Assembly: GCA_963781585.1 (NCBI GenBank)
Contig: CAWAGQ010000008.1
Location: 192,001 to 256,000 of the forward strand
Length of the DNA: 64,000 nucleotides
Reading direction: 5' to 3'
Origin: an uncultured Gemmatimonadaceae bacterium
Lineage (GTDB): Bacteria; Gemmatimonadota; Gemmatimonadetes; Gemmatimonadales; Gemmatimonadaceae
The translations under genes and the position numbers were made by a program. The stretch's first letter is position 1. Every line of letters begins with the position of its first letter. The notes beneath the pieces are model-generated. The model saw only the letters and a list, made by a program, of their open reading frames with translations, searched no databases and was not told where the DNA came from. This document shows, piece by piece, positions 9,456-19,523 of the stretch.

Positions 9456-11543
9456 CTACTGGATCACCCGCGTCGGCACCGTCCGGTTGGTGAACGTCCC
9501 GTCCCCCACAAACCCCTGCTCGTTGTCGCCCCAACAGTAGATCGCACCCGCCGTCGTCAGGCCGCACACTCCGAGCGCACCGGCCAGGATGCTCGCCCAC
9601 GTGGCTCCCGGCGGCGCCGCCACCGGAATGGGCACGTTAGTGTTGGCACCGCCGCCGTTGCCCAGCTCTCCGTCGACGTTTCGTCCCCAGCAGTATCCCT
9701 GTCCGCCGCTGACTCCGCAGCCGACGGATATGCCGGCCGACATCATGCTCCATACCGCAACCCCAGTCACCTGGACAGGCACACTGCTTCCGCCACCCGG
9801 CGGGCTTCCATCCCCCAGCTGTCCGTACAGATCGCTCCCCCAGCAGTACGCCACCATTCCCGACGTGAGCCCGCACATGGTCGAGAACATCGACGTCAGG
9901 CTCGCGAACTGCAGCGGCGCCACCCCGGTCCCTTGCGTCTTCACGACCGCGAGTGAGCCGCTCTGCGTGCCGTCGCCCAGAATGCCGCCGGAGTTGTCGC
10001 CCCAGCAGTACACAGCACGTGTGACGTTCACGATCCCGCAGGTGGCCAGATCGGTCGCTTCGACCGCGACAAAGAGCAACGGGGCCACTCCGCTCCCCAC
10101 CACTTTCGTCGGAGTGCCGCGATCGGTGGTCGTGCCGTCCCCGAGCTGGCCGAAATCGTTCCGCCCCCAGCAGTAGATCGCCTGATCGGTCGCCAGTCCG
10201 CAGGTGTGATCACCCCCGGCGCTGATCCGCGTGATCACCAGGCCGCCCGGCCCGGTGCCCGGCACCTTCGTAGGATTCGCCACGATCTGCACGCCCGGCA
10301 CCCCGGTCTCGCCGTTGAAGTTCGCGCCCCAGCAGTACACCGAGCCGTCGTTCACGCGGCCGCACCCGTGGGCTTTCCCAAGATCCACCTGGATGTAGCG
10401 CTCGGTCTCATTCACCATGTATGGCGCGGTCTCCACGTTCGCCGCTGCCGATGACCCGAGCTGGCCGTTGTAGTTCGGCCCCCAGCAGTACCACGCATGC
10501 ACCGAGCGACCGCACGCGAACGGGATGCCGTACGTGTTGCTGCCCCCCACGACCACCGCGTCGAACACCGCATGCGCGTCGAACGCCGCGCTCTCGGCGT
10601 TCACCGTCCCGGCGGTCGCCTTGAGCGTGTACCCCGGTCCCGGATGCCGCACCTTCACGTTGGTGAACGTGGCAACCCCGTCGGGAAGCAACGCCGTCGA
10701 GTTGATGTCGGCATCGAGCGTTCGCCCGTCGTCGAAGCTGTGTCCGATGCTGACCGTGACCGTGGCGCCGCCGGCCGGATTGTCGTACGTGTCCAGCGCC
10801 TTGACCTTCACGTCGGGCATCGGATCCAGGACCTGCACGTCCACGGGCTGCGTGACCCACGAGAGTTTCGCCACGGGTCCGGCGATGATGTCGAACGCCT
10901 GGCTGCTGGCGTCCTGAAGCCCCGATGACGTGGCCGCCAGTGTATAGCCGGTCGCCGCCTTTGTCATCGAGAGGCCCGAAAACGTCGCCACGCCACCCAC
11001 TGCCTGCTGGCTCACGCCTCCTGTCAACGTTGTGCTTCCGGGATTGGCCCCGAGCGCCAGTGCCACAGTCGCCGTCGACGCCGTCACAAGCAGATTCTGT
11101 GCATCGCGTACCTCGACCTTCACCGCCGGTGCAATGCCTTGTCCGGCGGCGGTGGTCGATGGCTGTACCGAAAACACCAGATGCGTCCCGTCCTGTCGTA
11201 CCGTGATCTCCGCGGACCCGCTCTTGCTGTCGACCGTGGCGGTGATCGTCGCCGTCCCGGCCGACACCGCCGTCGCCAGTCCGCCTGACGACACCGTGGC
11301 AACGCCGTTGGCCGAGGAACTCCACGAAAAAGTCTTCCCGCTCAGCACGGTGCCCTGGGAGTTCCTCGCCGAGGCGCTCAACTGCTGCGTGCCGCCGATC
11401 GTCGTGATCGTTGCCTGCGATGGCGAGACCTCCACCGTGGCCACCGCATTCTTGTCGGGACCCGAGCCACCGTCGCCGTGTGAACAGGCAGCGCCACACA
11501 CCAGGACAGCCGCAGTGACGATACGGGCGGAAAACCGAATCAT
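9456..11543 (-). CDS. Lipoprotein with Big_2/Ig-like domains and C-terminal RCC1-repeat propeller
   Basis: Lipobox CGAAC. Big_2 motif. Repeated YCWGxNxxGQLGDG and ISAGGDHTCG motifs. Confidence 0.9.
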   Translation of the reverse strand: MIRFSARIVTAAVLVCGAACSHGDGGSGPDKNAVATVEVSPSQATITTIGGTQQLSASARNSQGTVLSGKTFSWSSSANGVATVSSGGLATAVSAGTATITATVDSKSGSAEITVRQDGTHLVFSVQPSTTAAGQGIAPAVKVEVRDAQNLLVTASTATVALALGANPGSTTLTGGVSQQAVGGVATFSGLSMTKAATGYTLAATSSGLQDASSQAFDIIAGPVAKLSWVTQPVDVQVLDPMPDVKVKALDTYDNPAGGATVTVSIGHSFDDGRTLDADINSTALLPDGVATFTNVKVRHPGPGYTLKATAGTVNAESAAFDAHAVFDAVVVGGSNTYGIPFACGRSVHAWYCWGPNYNGQLGSSAAANVETAPYMVNETERYIQVDLGKAHGCGRVNDGSVYCWGANFNGETGVPGVQIVANPTKVPGTGPGGLVITRISAGGDHTCGLATDQAIYCWGRNDFGQLGDGTTTDRGTPTKVVGSGVAPLLFVAVEATDLATCGIVNVTRAVYCWGDNSGGILGDGTQSGSLAVVKTQGTGVAPLQFASLTSMFSTMCGLTSGMVAYCWGSDLYGQLGDGSPPGGGSSVPVQVTGVAVWSMMSAGISVGCGVSGGQGYCWGRNVDGELGNGGGANTNVPIPVAAPPGATWASILAGALGVCGLTTAGAIYCWGDNEQGFVGDGTFTNRTVPTRVIQ

Positions 11544-12190
11544 GGCATGATCTCCACTCGAAATACCGCGTCAAAGTTGATTGAGCCCGCGGCAATGATC
11601 AGTGTGCCCGGTCACCGCTCCGGCCCGTCCCCGCCCTCCCAATCACCACTCGTTCTTCACCTCAGGATGCCGTGTCGCCGCGATCCCGGCACCGGCTTGC
11701 TTTCCAGTATATGGTCCGCTGTCCCGTCGCAAGCCCCGACGTTGACCCGGAGCCGGCGGCGTCCCACTCTGGGGACGTGCCCGAACCGGATTTGCCATGC
11801 CACGCGTCGCCAATTCTCTGCGCTCCCTGCGTGCCGCCACGCCGTCAGCAATCGTGCGGGAGCCTGGCGGGCAGTTCTTCTCACAGGTCGCACGCTCGAC
11901 GCTGCTCGCCGCTCTCGGGTGGACGGCCGCCTGTGCCCCGTCGACTTCGGCGCGAGGAACCGACAGCACGGATCGCAGCGATTCCGGCACCTTGGCGCAG
12001 GCGGCGACTCGTGTTCCCGCCGATGTGCGCGCGGTCTGCGATTCGGTCACGGCGAGCTGGCGCCTGATTCCATCCGCGAAGGTGGCGCGCACGGATTCGA
12101 CTGTCTCGCCGCGACCCACCCGTCACCGTTCTGGGCGGAGTCCACCCACTGCTGGCGCCATCCCCGTCCGCTCAGCGTCAGCGACACCGC

Positions 12191-12430
12191 TCATCCGTTA
12201 GACACAGCGCCAACCCCTGCCGGAGCCGTCACCGGCGCAACCATCCGGTCCGAGCCACCGAAGAAACCTCCAGACTCGAGTCGCTGGTGAATGGCGTGGA
12301 CCGGAGTCCCTGAGTCCACCCATGACCAGAACGGCACGAGGGCAAACGTCCCGAGGAATGTCACGGGAACGGCGCCGGCGAGAATCCCGACGACGCCGAC
12401 GACAAACGCGAGGATCGTCCGGCGCGACAT
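12191..12430 (-). CDS. Small membrane protein, possibly truncated
   Basis: MSRRTILAFVVGVVGILAGAVPVTFLGTFALVPFWSW hydrophobic N-terminus. The C-terminal half looks non-coding-like. Confidence 0.35.
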   Translation of the reverse strand: MSRRTILAFVVGVVGILAGAVPVTFLGTFALVPFWSWVDSGTPVHAIHQRLESGGFFGGSDRMVAPVTAPAGVGAVSNG

Positions 12431-12583
12431 CCGACAATGATACGTCGCCAGCCCCCGATTCCCGCAGGTTGAGGGGGCAACCGCCGAATGACGGTCGGGC
12501 CTCGGGTCGTCCCCCGCGGCTTGTACTTGCCCGACGGCCGGTGCCATGTTGGTGTCGTCTTCCACAACCCGAAGGAGCGGAAC

Positions 12584-15500
12584 GTGTTGAAACTCCCCCT
12601 GGCGCACCGCCCAACCGGTCGCCCGTTCGCCTGGCGTACCCTCGCCCTCCTGCCCGCATTCCCCATCCTCTTCCCGTTGGCCTCCGCGCCCGCCCAAGGC
12701 GGCGCGACCGCCGGTGGGCAGACCGCGCCGCTCACCGCCGCGAACGGCAAGAAGGTCCTGACGGTGAACGATTACGCCCGGTGGCGCAACATCGAGGGCG
12801 CAGAGATCTCCAGCGACGGCAACTGGGTGGCGTACGTCCTCCGGTTGACCAATACGCTACCTAACGATTCGAAGCCGGTCCTCCACATCCTCAACCTCGC
12901 CTCCAACCAGGATGTGGCGATCGCGAACGCCAGCGACGGGACGTTTTCTCCGGACGCCCGCTGGATCGTCTACCAGGTGGATTCCATGCCGGCACGCGCG
13001 GGACGCGGCGGACGCGGAGCCGGCGCTCCCGGCGGGAATCCGCCCGGAGACACCTCCGGCGTCACGCCGCCCACCGCTCCTCCCGCTCCCCAGCCCACTC
13101 CCGGAGCATCGTCCGCCCAGGGGCGCGCTGGCGGCGCGGCCGCACCCCAGCCGATCCACCGCATGGAGCTGCGCGAGCTCGCCACCGGCCGCACGCAGCG
13201 ATGGCAGGAGATGCAGTCCGCGACCTTTTCGGCGGCGTCCACGCACCTGCTCCTGCGGCGCCGGCCCGGAGGACCGACCGGCGGCCGCGGCGGACGCGGC
13301 GGTGGACCGGGCGGTCCCGGCGGCGCCGGAGGCGGCGCGGGGAATGAGACCAACACGCCCGCCGGCACCGACGCCGTGCTGCACAACCTCACGACCGGAC
13401 GCAGCCAGTTCCTGGGCAGCGTGGGCGATGCATCCTTCAATAGAAAGGGCGACCTGCTCGCCTACACCGTCGACGCGAGCGTGAGGGACGGGAACGGCGT
13501 CTTCGTGGTCGATCTCCACAGCGGCGGCACCTTTCCGCTCGACAACGACGACCGGACCTACAACCGTCTCGCCTGGAGCGACGACGGCTCGGGTCTGGCC
13601 GTGCTCAAGGGCAAGGAAACCGACAAGATGCGCGAGCGCCAGAACGTCCTGATGGTGTTCTCCGACGTTCGTGGCTCGTTAGGCGAGCCGGAACTCACCC
13701 CGGCCGTCCTCGATCCGGCAGCTGCACCCGGTTTCCCGAAGGGATTCGTGGTGAGCGATCGCGCCCCCCTCGCCTGGAGCGAAGACAACAAGCGCGTCTT
13801 CTTCGGCACCATCCCGGAGTCGCCGGCCCAGGACACCGCCCGTCGCCGCAGTACCGATTCGATCCCGGATGTGGACGTCTGGCGCACGGCTGATGAACGC
13901 ATCCAGTCGGTCCAGATGATCCGCGCCAACGCCGACCGGAACTTCTCCTTCCGCGAGGCGTTCGACCTGGCGGCGGCGAAGTTCGTGCCGCTCTCCGATT
14001 CCACCATGCGCGACCTCGAGGTCGCACCCGACGGCCGCTGGGCGGTGGGCCGTGATCCGCGCGCCTACGTCTCCGACTACCAGGCGCCCGCGGCGGACAT
14101 TTATCGGGTGAATACCTCCACCGGCGAGCGCACGCTGATGCTGAAGGATCAGCTCATCGGACAGCACGTCTTCGGCATCTCGCCGGACGGAAAGGAGTTC
14201 CTCTACTGGAAGGACAGCAAGTTCCAGGCGTACGATCTCGATGCCGGCACATCCAGAACGCTGGGAACCGGCGCGCCCAGCTTCGTGGACGAGGACTACG
14301 ACCATCCGGGCCCCAGGCCGTCCTATGGCCTCGAAGGCTATGCCAAGGATGGCAGTGGACTCGTGGTCGCGCACAAGTATGACCTCTGGCTCCTCCCGCT
14401 CGACGGCGCCGCGCCGGCACGCAATCTCACCAACGGCGTCGGCAGCCGGGGAGAGATCCGGTTCCGCTACGTCCGCACCGAACCGATCGACTCGATGGCC
14501 CCGCGACGCGTGCGTACGGGCGACGAGATCGACCTGTCGAAACCGGTCACCCTCTCCGCCTACGGCGAGTACACCAAGAAGGCCGGCTTCTACCAGCTCG
14601 ACCACGGCCAACTGAGGGAGATCGTCTACGACGACGCGGCCTTCAGCACGCCGAATCGCGCCACCCACGCCGACAAGTTCCTGTTCACCCGGCAGACGTT
14701 CGTCGAATTCCCCGACCTCCGCGTCTCGGGGCCGGACTTCAAGGATTCGAAAAAGATCACCGACGCCAATCCTCAGCAGGCCGAATACAATTGGGGCCAC
14801 CGAATCCTGTTCGACTTCAGGAACAAGGACGGCCGCCGGTTGCAGGGCATTCTGGCACTGCCTGACGACTACAAGCCCGGTGAAAAGCGGCCGATGATCG
14901 TCAACTTCTACGAGAAGAACTCGCAGAACCTCCACCGCTACTCGGCGCCGTCGTTCCTCGCCAGCATGGGATCGTCGCCGATCGAGGCCGTGAGCCGTGG
15001 ATACATCACGATGCTCCCCGACGTCTACTTCCACACCGGCATGTCCCACAGCGACATGCTCGATTGTGTCGAGGCGGCCACCCGGAAGGTGATCGAGATG
15101 GGGTACGTCGATCCGAAGCATATCGGCATCAACGGCCACAGCTACGGCGGCGAGGGCGTGGCGTTCATCGGGACGCGCTCGCGGCTGTTCGCCGCGGTCG
15201 GCATGGGCGCCGGTGTGACCGACCTCTTCACCGACTTCAGCCAGAGTTGGGGATGGTCGTACCAGGTCACCGGTGGGAGCGGCGCCAACGGCAACCAGTA
15301 CTATCTCTATGGGCAGGGGCGGTGGGGGGTGTCACCGTGGGACAAGCCCGAGCTGTACCACTTCGAATCCGCCCTCACCCACGTCCGCGAAGTCACCGCG
15401 CCGTTCCTCATCATGCACGGCACGGCTGATCCCACCGTGTCGTTCAGCGAAGGGATGAATTTCTACAACGCCCTCCGCTACAACGGAAAGAACGCCATCC

Positions 15501-15673
15501 TGCTCGCCTACCCGGGCGAGGGACACGGACTCCGCGGACTCGCGAACCGGAGAGATCTCACCATTCGGTTCTTCGAGTTCTTCGACCACTACCTCAAGGG
15601 TGCGCCCGCGCCGAAGTGGATGACCGACGAAGTGCCGTTCCTCAAGAAGGACATGACCAAGGACCCCGGATAG
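12584..15673 (+). CDS. Secreted S9-family (prolyl oligopeptidase/dipeptidyl peptidase-like) serine peptidase
   Basis: AAGGAG RBS before GTG 12584. Propeller region, nucleophile GHSYGG, HGTADPTV (Asp), YPGEGHG (His). Confidence 0.92.
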   Translation: MLKLPLAHRPTGRPFAWRTLALLPAFPILFPLASAPAQGGATAGGQTAPLTAANGKKVLTVNDYARWRNIEGAEISSDGNWVAYVLRLTNTLPNDSKPVLHILNLASNQDVAIANASDGTFSPDARWIVYQVDSMPARAGRGGRGAGAPGGNPPGDTSGVTPPTAPPAPQPTPGASSAQGRAGGAAAPQPIHRMELRELATGRTQRWQEMQSATFSAASTHLLLRRRPGGPTGGRGGRGGGPGGPGGAGGGAGNETNTPAGTDAVLHNLTTGRSQFLGSVGDASFNRKGDLLAYTVDASVRDGNGVFVVDLHSGGTFPLDNDDRTYNRLAWSDDGSGLAVLKGKETDKMRERQNVLMVFSDVRGSLGEPELTPAVLDPAAAPGFPKGFVVSDRAPLAWSEDNKRVFFGTIPESPAQDTARRRSTDSIPDVDVWRTADERIQSVQMIRANADRNFSFREAFDLAAAKFVPLSDSTMRDLEVAPDGRWAVGRDPRAYVSDYQAPAADIYRVNTSTGERTLMLKDQLIGQHVFGISPDGKEFLYWKDSKFQAYDLDAGTSRTLGTGAPSFVDEDYDHPGPRPSYGLEGYAKDGSGLVVAHKYDLWLLPLDGAAPARNLTNGVGSRGEIRFRYVRTEPIDSMAPRRVRTGDEIDLSKPVTLSAYGEYTKKAGFYQLDHGQLREIVYDDAAFSTPNRATHADKFLFTRQTFVEFPDLRVSGPDFKDSKKITDANPQQAEYNWGHRILFDFRNKDGRRLQGILALPDDYKPGEKRPMIVNFYEKNSQNLHRYSAPSFLASMGSSPIEAVSRGYITMLPDVYFHTGMSHSDMLDCVEAATRKVIEMGYVDPKHIGINGHSYGGEGVAFIGTRSRLFAAVGMGAGVTDLFTDFSQSWGWSYQVTGGSGANGNQYYLYGQGRWGVSPWDKPELYHFESALTHVREVTAPFLIMHGTADPTVSFSEGMNFYNALRYNGKNAILLAYPGEGHGLRGLANRRDLTIRFFEFFDHYLKGAPAPKWMTDEVPFLKKDMTKDPG

Positions 15674-15743
15674 GACACGACACCGGGGCCATGAACGCGG
15701 GGGCGGGTGGATGTCCCACTCGCCCCGCTGTCCGGGAGGCTCC

Positions 15744-18700
15744 ATGACCGGCACACCGGCCGTCCCGCGAATCAGCTGGGTCACCCGAAGCGCCGACGCG
15801 CTGCGCCGGCGCTTCGATGCCATCCCGTTCAAGCCGGTGGTCACGGTCGGAGTGCTCGGCGCGCTCGCCGCCGGAGCTGCCTGGCTCACGCAACATCAGG
15901 CGCGCGGCTCATGCGACGCGCTCCCGTTCTCCTTCATCGACTTCGAGCTCACGTTCTCCCGCCAGTCCTTCCTCGCCCTGCTCCACGCGGCCGAGCCGTG
16001 CGGTCCTGGTGCGGTGAACAGTCTGGTTTCTTCCGATCTCCTGTTCGCCCTCACCTACTCGGTGTTCCTGAGCGCCCTGTATCTCTGGGGCGAGCGCTTC
16101 AGGCGGTGTTCACCGAATAACGAGCCACTCGCCTGTTCGCCCTCGTTCTCCTCCTCGGCGTTGGTGATTCTTCCATTCGCCGTCGCCCTGCTGGACGGGG
16201 TCGCGGAAAACATCCCGCTGTGGGTCGCCGCCCACCCGCCGGATGCGCCGGGTGCGCCGCAGTGGCTGGTGGAGCTCGGCTCGATCGGCGCCGCGCTCAA
16301 GTGGACCACGCTCGGCATCTTCATCCTGGGATTCATGGGAATTATCGCGCGCGGGCCTCGCGGTCGTGTTCTCTGGCGGCTCCGCTACAGCGTGATCGCC
16401 GTCGCCGGCGGCGCCCTGGCGCTGCTGGCCGTGTCGCAGGGGCAGGACATGCTGCAGCGGCTCGTGGAAGGCCTCCATCCCCTTCCGCGCGTCGTCTTCG
16501 CGGTCGCCAGTCTCTTCGTGACCGCCATCGTGGTCTGGTACAGCGCCCGGGTGATCACGCTCGTGCGGTTGGCGCGCGAGTCCGGCAGCGATGCCCGGTA
16601 TCGCGACGCCGAAGCGCGCGCGATCGATCCCTGGGAGCGCTTCTTCGACATTCACCTGCCCCGAATGCTCGGGGTCGCCGTGCTGGTGCTGACCGGCGTC
16701 GCGTTTGCGAGAGCGGCGCTGGCGCCCGCTCGATTCGTCGGTGTGGCATTGCTCTCGTACTTCATTCCCACGGGAATCCACCTGGCGCGCCGCATCCAGT
16801 CTCTGCGCCGCCGATCACTCGACACCCCGGGGGATGGCGCCCCCGCTGCGGAGCGCACAGGCGCACCCGACCGGCCGCCCGAGACCACCCCGGCTTCTCC
16901 CCGCCGGCTGGACGCCGACCACCGGGACCGCGCGACCGAGCTCCGCAGCCGCGCCGGCATCGCTGCGGCCGGAGCAGCGTTAGGCGTGCTGGTGGTCTGG
17001 CCGAACCATCTCTGGCCCTGGAGCTGGCAGTACGAAGCACTCGATTTGATAACGCTGCGCCTCGGCGCCTGGTTCGCACTCATCGCCGCCTGGCTGCTGT
17101 ATTTCCTGGTCTACTACCGGCGCGATCTCCTGGCTCGCTTCCTTCCCCGCCCGGGCAGGGACGAGACGCTGCAGCGGCAGCTGGTGAATGGATACGCCAC
17201 CGACTACGTCCCCAGCTCGGTGAAGACGGTCACCGCGGTCGCGGCCGTGGTCAGCGCCATTCTGCTGGTGGCGGCCACCTCGGCGGCGGTGCCATTCGGC
17301 CGCACCCTCGGACCGTTGCCGGTGGTGGGACTTGCTGTCGCGAATGCGGTGTTCATCGGCAGCATCCTCGCCTACGCCGGACGCAGGTACCGTGTTCCGC
17401 TGGTACCGCTGTTCATCGCCCTCGCTGCGTTGTTCAGTCGGTGGAACGACAACCATGCGATGCGCAGGATCGCCGACAGTGCGCCGCCGGACACGGTGCA
17501 TCGCTCCGGTCATCTCCGCGCGCGCTTTGACGCGTGGTTGAGCGCGCGCGCCGCCGAAGACCCGGCCAACGACACGATCCCCGTGATCCTCGTGGCTGCC
17601 GCCGGTGGCGGCCTTCGCGCCGCCTACTGGACGGCGCTCACGCTCGCCACGCTGCAGGACCGCGATACCACCAATCGCTTCGCGCATCATGTCTTCGCCA
17701 TTTCCTCGGTCTCGGGCGGCAGCCTGGGCGGCGCGCTGTACACGGCGATGGTGCACGACATGCACGGCCGGCCGGCGAGCCTCTGCCTGGCAGGCGACAG
17801 CCTGCCCCATCGGATGATGCGGCCGCGCACTGCACCCGCGGCGCGTGTCGGACCCGCCGTACGCTGCGTGCACCGTTACATGAATGGCGACTTCCTTTCG
17901 CCGGTGCTGCTCAAGTTCGTCGCGCCCGACTTCGTTCAGGCCTTTCTCCCGGTCCCCATCGAGGCGCTCGACCGGGCGAGGGCGCTGGAGCAATCGTGGG
18001 AGCAGTCGTACGCGGATCTCACCCGGGATTCCACGTTCGCGCAGGGTTACCTCGCGCTCTATGCACAGGACAGTACCGAGACCCCGCTGTTGCTGCTCAA
18101 CACGACCCATGTGCAGACCGGCCGGCGATACGTGACCGCCCCCTTTGTGGACGATGGACTCTTTCTCGATGCGCGCAGCGTGCACCAGGCGCTGGGTGCG
18201 GATCTCCCTTTGTCCACGGCAGTCCACAACAGCGCACGCTTTCCGTTCGTGAGCCCGGCCGGACGCATCGAACGGGGCGATGGCCGGAGCTATGGCGCCC
18301 TGGTGGATGGCGGATACTTCGAGAACTCCGGCCTTACCACGCTGGCTGACGTCCGGCGCGAGGTCGATTCACTGCTGCGGGAGCACAGCGCCGCGGCCGG
18401 TGACGTGCTCGCCCCGGCGGCGAAGCGCGCGCGCGTGCTGGTGCTGTACCTCTGTAACGATCCGCTCGCCTGTCGGCGCGACCTCGCGGCCGACACGTCC
18501 TTCTCCACCGGTCGAAGCGTGGCGGCCGAGTGGCTGTCCCCCTTGCTCACACTCCTCAACACGCGGGATGCCCGAGGAACGCTTGCCCGGGCACAGATGG
18601 AGCATGGACGGGGGGAAGATTTCCTCCAGATCAACGTGTGCGACAGCATTCCCCTGGCGTCCGAACCGTCGTCACCCACCGAGGCGGAGCGGCTGAAGGT

Positions 18701-18884
18701 CGGACGCAACCGGGTGGTGAACCCGCCGCTGGGCTGGCTCCTGTCGCGCATGGCGCGTGACTGGATGGATTCATCCCTCGCCCCGGGCGCCATGCAGGAC
18801 ACCGCGCGATCGCCGGTGCTGAGCTGCCGGCGACGCAACGCGAATGAACTCGCGACGGTGCTGTCCCTGCTGAAGCGGGAGTAG
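15744..18884 (+). CDS. Polytopic membrane protein with C-terminal patatin-like phospholipase domain
   Basis: GGAGG before ATG 15744. Many TM segments. AAAGGGLRAAYW (oxyanion loop), SSVSGGSLG (nucleophile), LVDGGYFENSG (catalytic Asp). Confidence 0.8.
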   Translation: MTGTPAVPRISWVTRSADALRRRFDAIPFKPVVTVGVLGALAAGAAWLTQHQARGSCDALPFSFIDFELTFSRQSFLALLHAAEPCGPGAVNSLVSSDLLFALTYSVFLSALYLWGERFRRCSPNNEPLACSPSFSSSALVILPFAVALLDGVAENIPLWVAAHPPDAPGAPQWLVELGSIGAALKWTTLGIFILGFMGIIARGPRGRVLWRLRYSVIAVAGGALALLAVSQGQDMLQRLVEGLHPLPRVVFAVASLFVTAIVVWYSARVITLVRLARESGSDARYRDAEARAIDPWERFFDIHLPRMLGVAVLVLTGVAFARAALAPARFVGVALLSYFIPTGIHLARRIQSLRRRSLDTPGDGAPAAERTGAPDRPPETTPASPRRLDADHRDRATELRSRAGIAAAGAALGVLVVWPNHLWPWSWQYEALDLITLRLGAWFALIAAWLLYFLVYYRRDLLARFLPRPGRDETLQRQLVNGYATDYVPSSVKTVTAVAAVVSAILLVAATSAAVPFGRTLGPLPVVGLAVANAVFIGSILAYAGRRYRVPLVPLFIALAALFSRWNDNHAMRRIADSAPPDTVHRSGHLRARFDAWLSARAAEDPANDTIPVILVAAAGGGLRAAYWTALTLATLQDRDTTNRFAHHVFAISSVSGGSLGGALYTAMVHDMHGRPASLCLAGDSLPHRMMRPRTAPAARVGPAVRCVHRYMNGDFLSPVLLKFVAPDFVQAFLPVPIEALDRARALEQSWEQSYADLTRDSTFAQGYLALYAQDSTETPLLLLNTTHVQTGRRYVTAPFVDDGLFLDARSVHQALGADLPLSTAVHNSARFPFVSPAGRIERGDGRSYGALVDGGYFENSGLTTLADVRREVDSLLREHSAAAGDVLAPAAKRARVLVLYLCNDPLACRRDLAADTSFSTGRSVAAEWLSPLLTLLNTRDARGTLARAQMEHGRGEDFLQINVCDSIPLASEPSSPTEAERLKVGRNRVVNPPLGWLLSRMARDWMDSSLAPGAMQDTARSPVLSCRRRNANELATVLSLLKRE

Positions 18885-19013
18885 GGGGCGCTGACCGCTG
18901 ATAGCTGCACTTCAGTAATGGCGGCCCGCCCAGTCGCGCGTTAGCGTCAAACGAAGAGGCGTGCCGCCCGCCGACCGGCCTCCACCGTTCTTGAACGATC
19001 ATCCCCTGCATCC

Positions 19014-19436
19014 ATGCGTCGCCCCCGCGGCTTCACTCTGATCGAGCTGCTGATCGTTCTCGCCGTCATGTCGATTCTGGCCGCGATCGCCTTCGGGTCG
19101 TATCGCAACGCCAAGGCGAAAGCGTACATGGCGACGATGGAGGCTGACCTCAACCGTCTGCGCACCGCGGAGGAGAGCTGGTTCATCGAGAACCACGCTT
19201 ATTCGATGAGCACCACCACGCTCGGCTTCACGCCGTCGGCGGGGGTCAACATCGTCCTGGCCAGTTCCAACCCGGCCATGGGGTACGCCGCCATCGCGAC
19301 GGTGCCCTCGTTCGGCGCCGGACAGTGCGGATTGTTCGTCGGCGAAGAAGCGGTGACCTCCGCGTCGGGTACGACCGTGTGCACTCAGGAGACCACCGGG
19401 TCGCAGGGCGTCGGTGCATCGGGGGCGAAGAAGTGA
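19014..19436 (+). CDS. Type IV pilin-like protein (class III signal peptide)
   Basis: MRRPRG|FTLIELLIVLAVMSILAAIA with Glu at +5. C-terminal Cys pair. Confidence 0.9.
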   Translation: MRRPRGFTLIELLIVLAVMSILAAIAFGSYRNAKAKAYMATMEADLNRLRTAEESWFIENHAYSMSTTTLGFTPSAGVNIVLASSNPAMGYAAIATVPSFGAGQCGLFVGEEAVTSASGTTVCTQETTGSQGVGASGAKK

Positions 19437-19523
19437 GACCACGCCTCTCCTCGGCGATGGCCGCCGCCCGCCGTACCGCCGCTGCGCGGCCTTGCGACGC
19501 GCGGCCTCACGCATAGCGGGAAC

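Noticed and set aside
13679..15139. Long antisense ORFs in the track (also 23630-25006, 27781-28788, 29291-30565, 37926-39347, 49570-50994)
   Set aside because: They are shadows of well-supported genes on the opposite strand, expected from stop-codon scarcity at high GC, and have no motifs.
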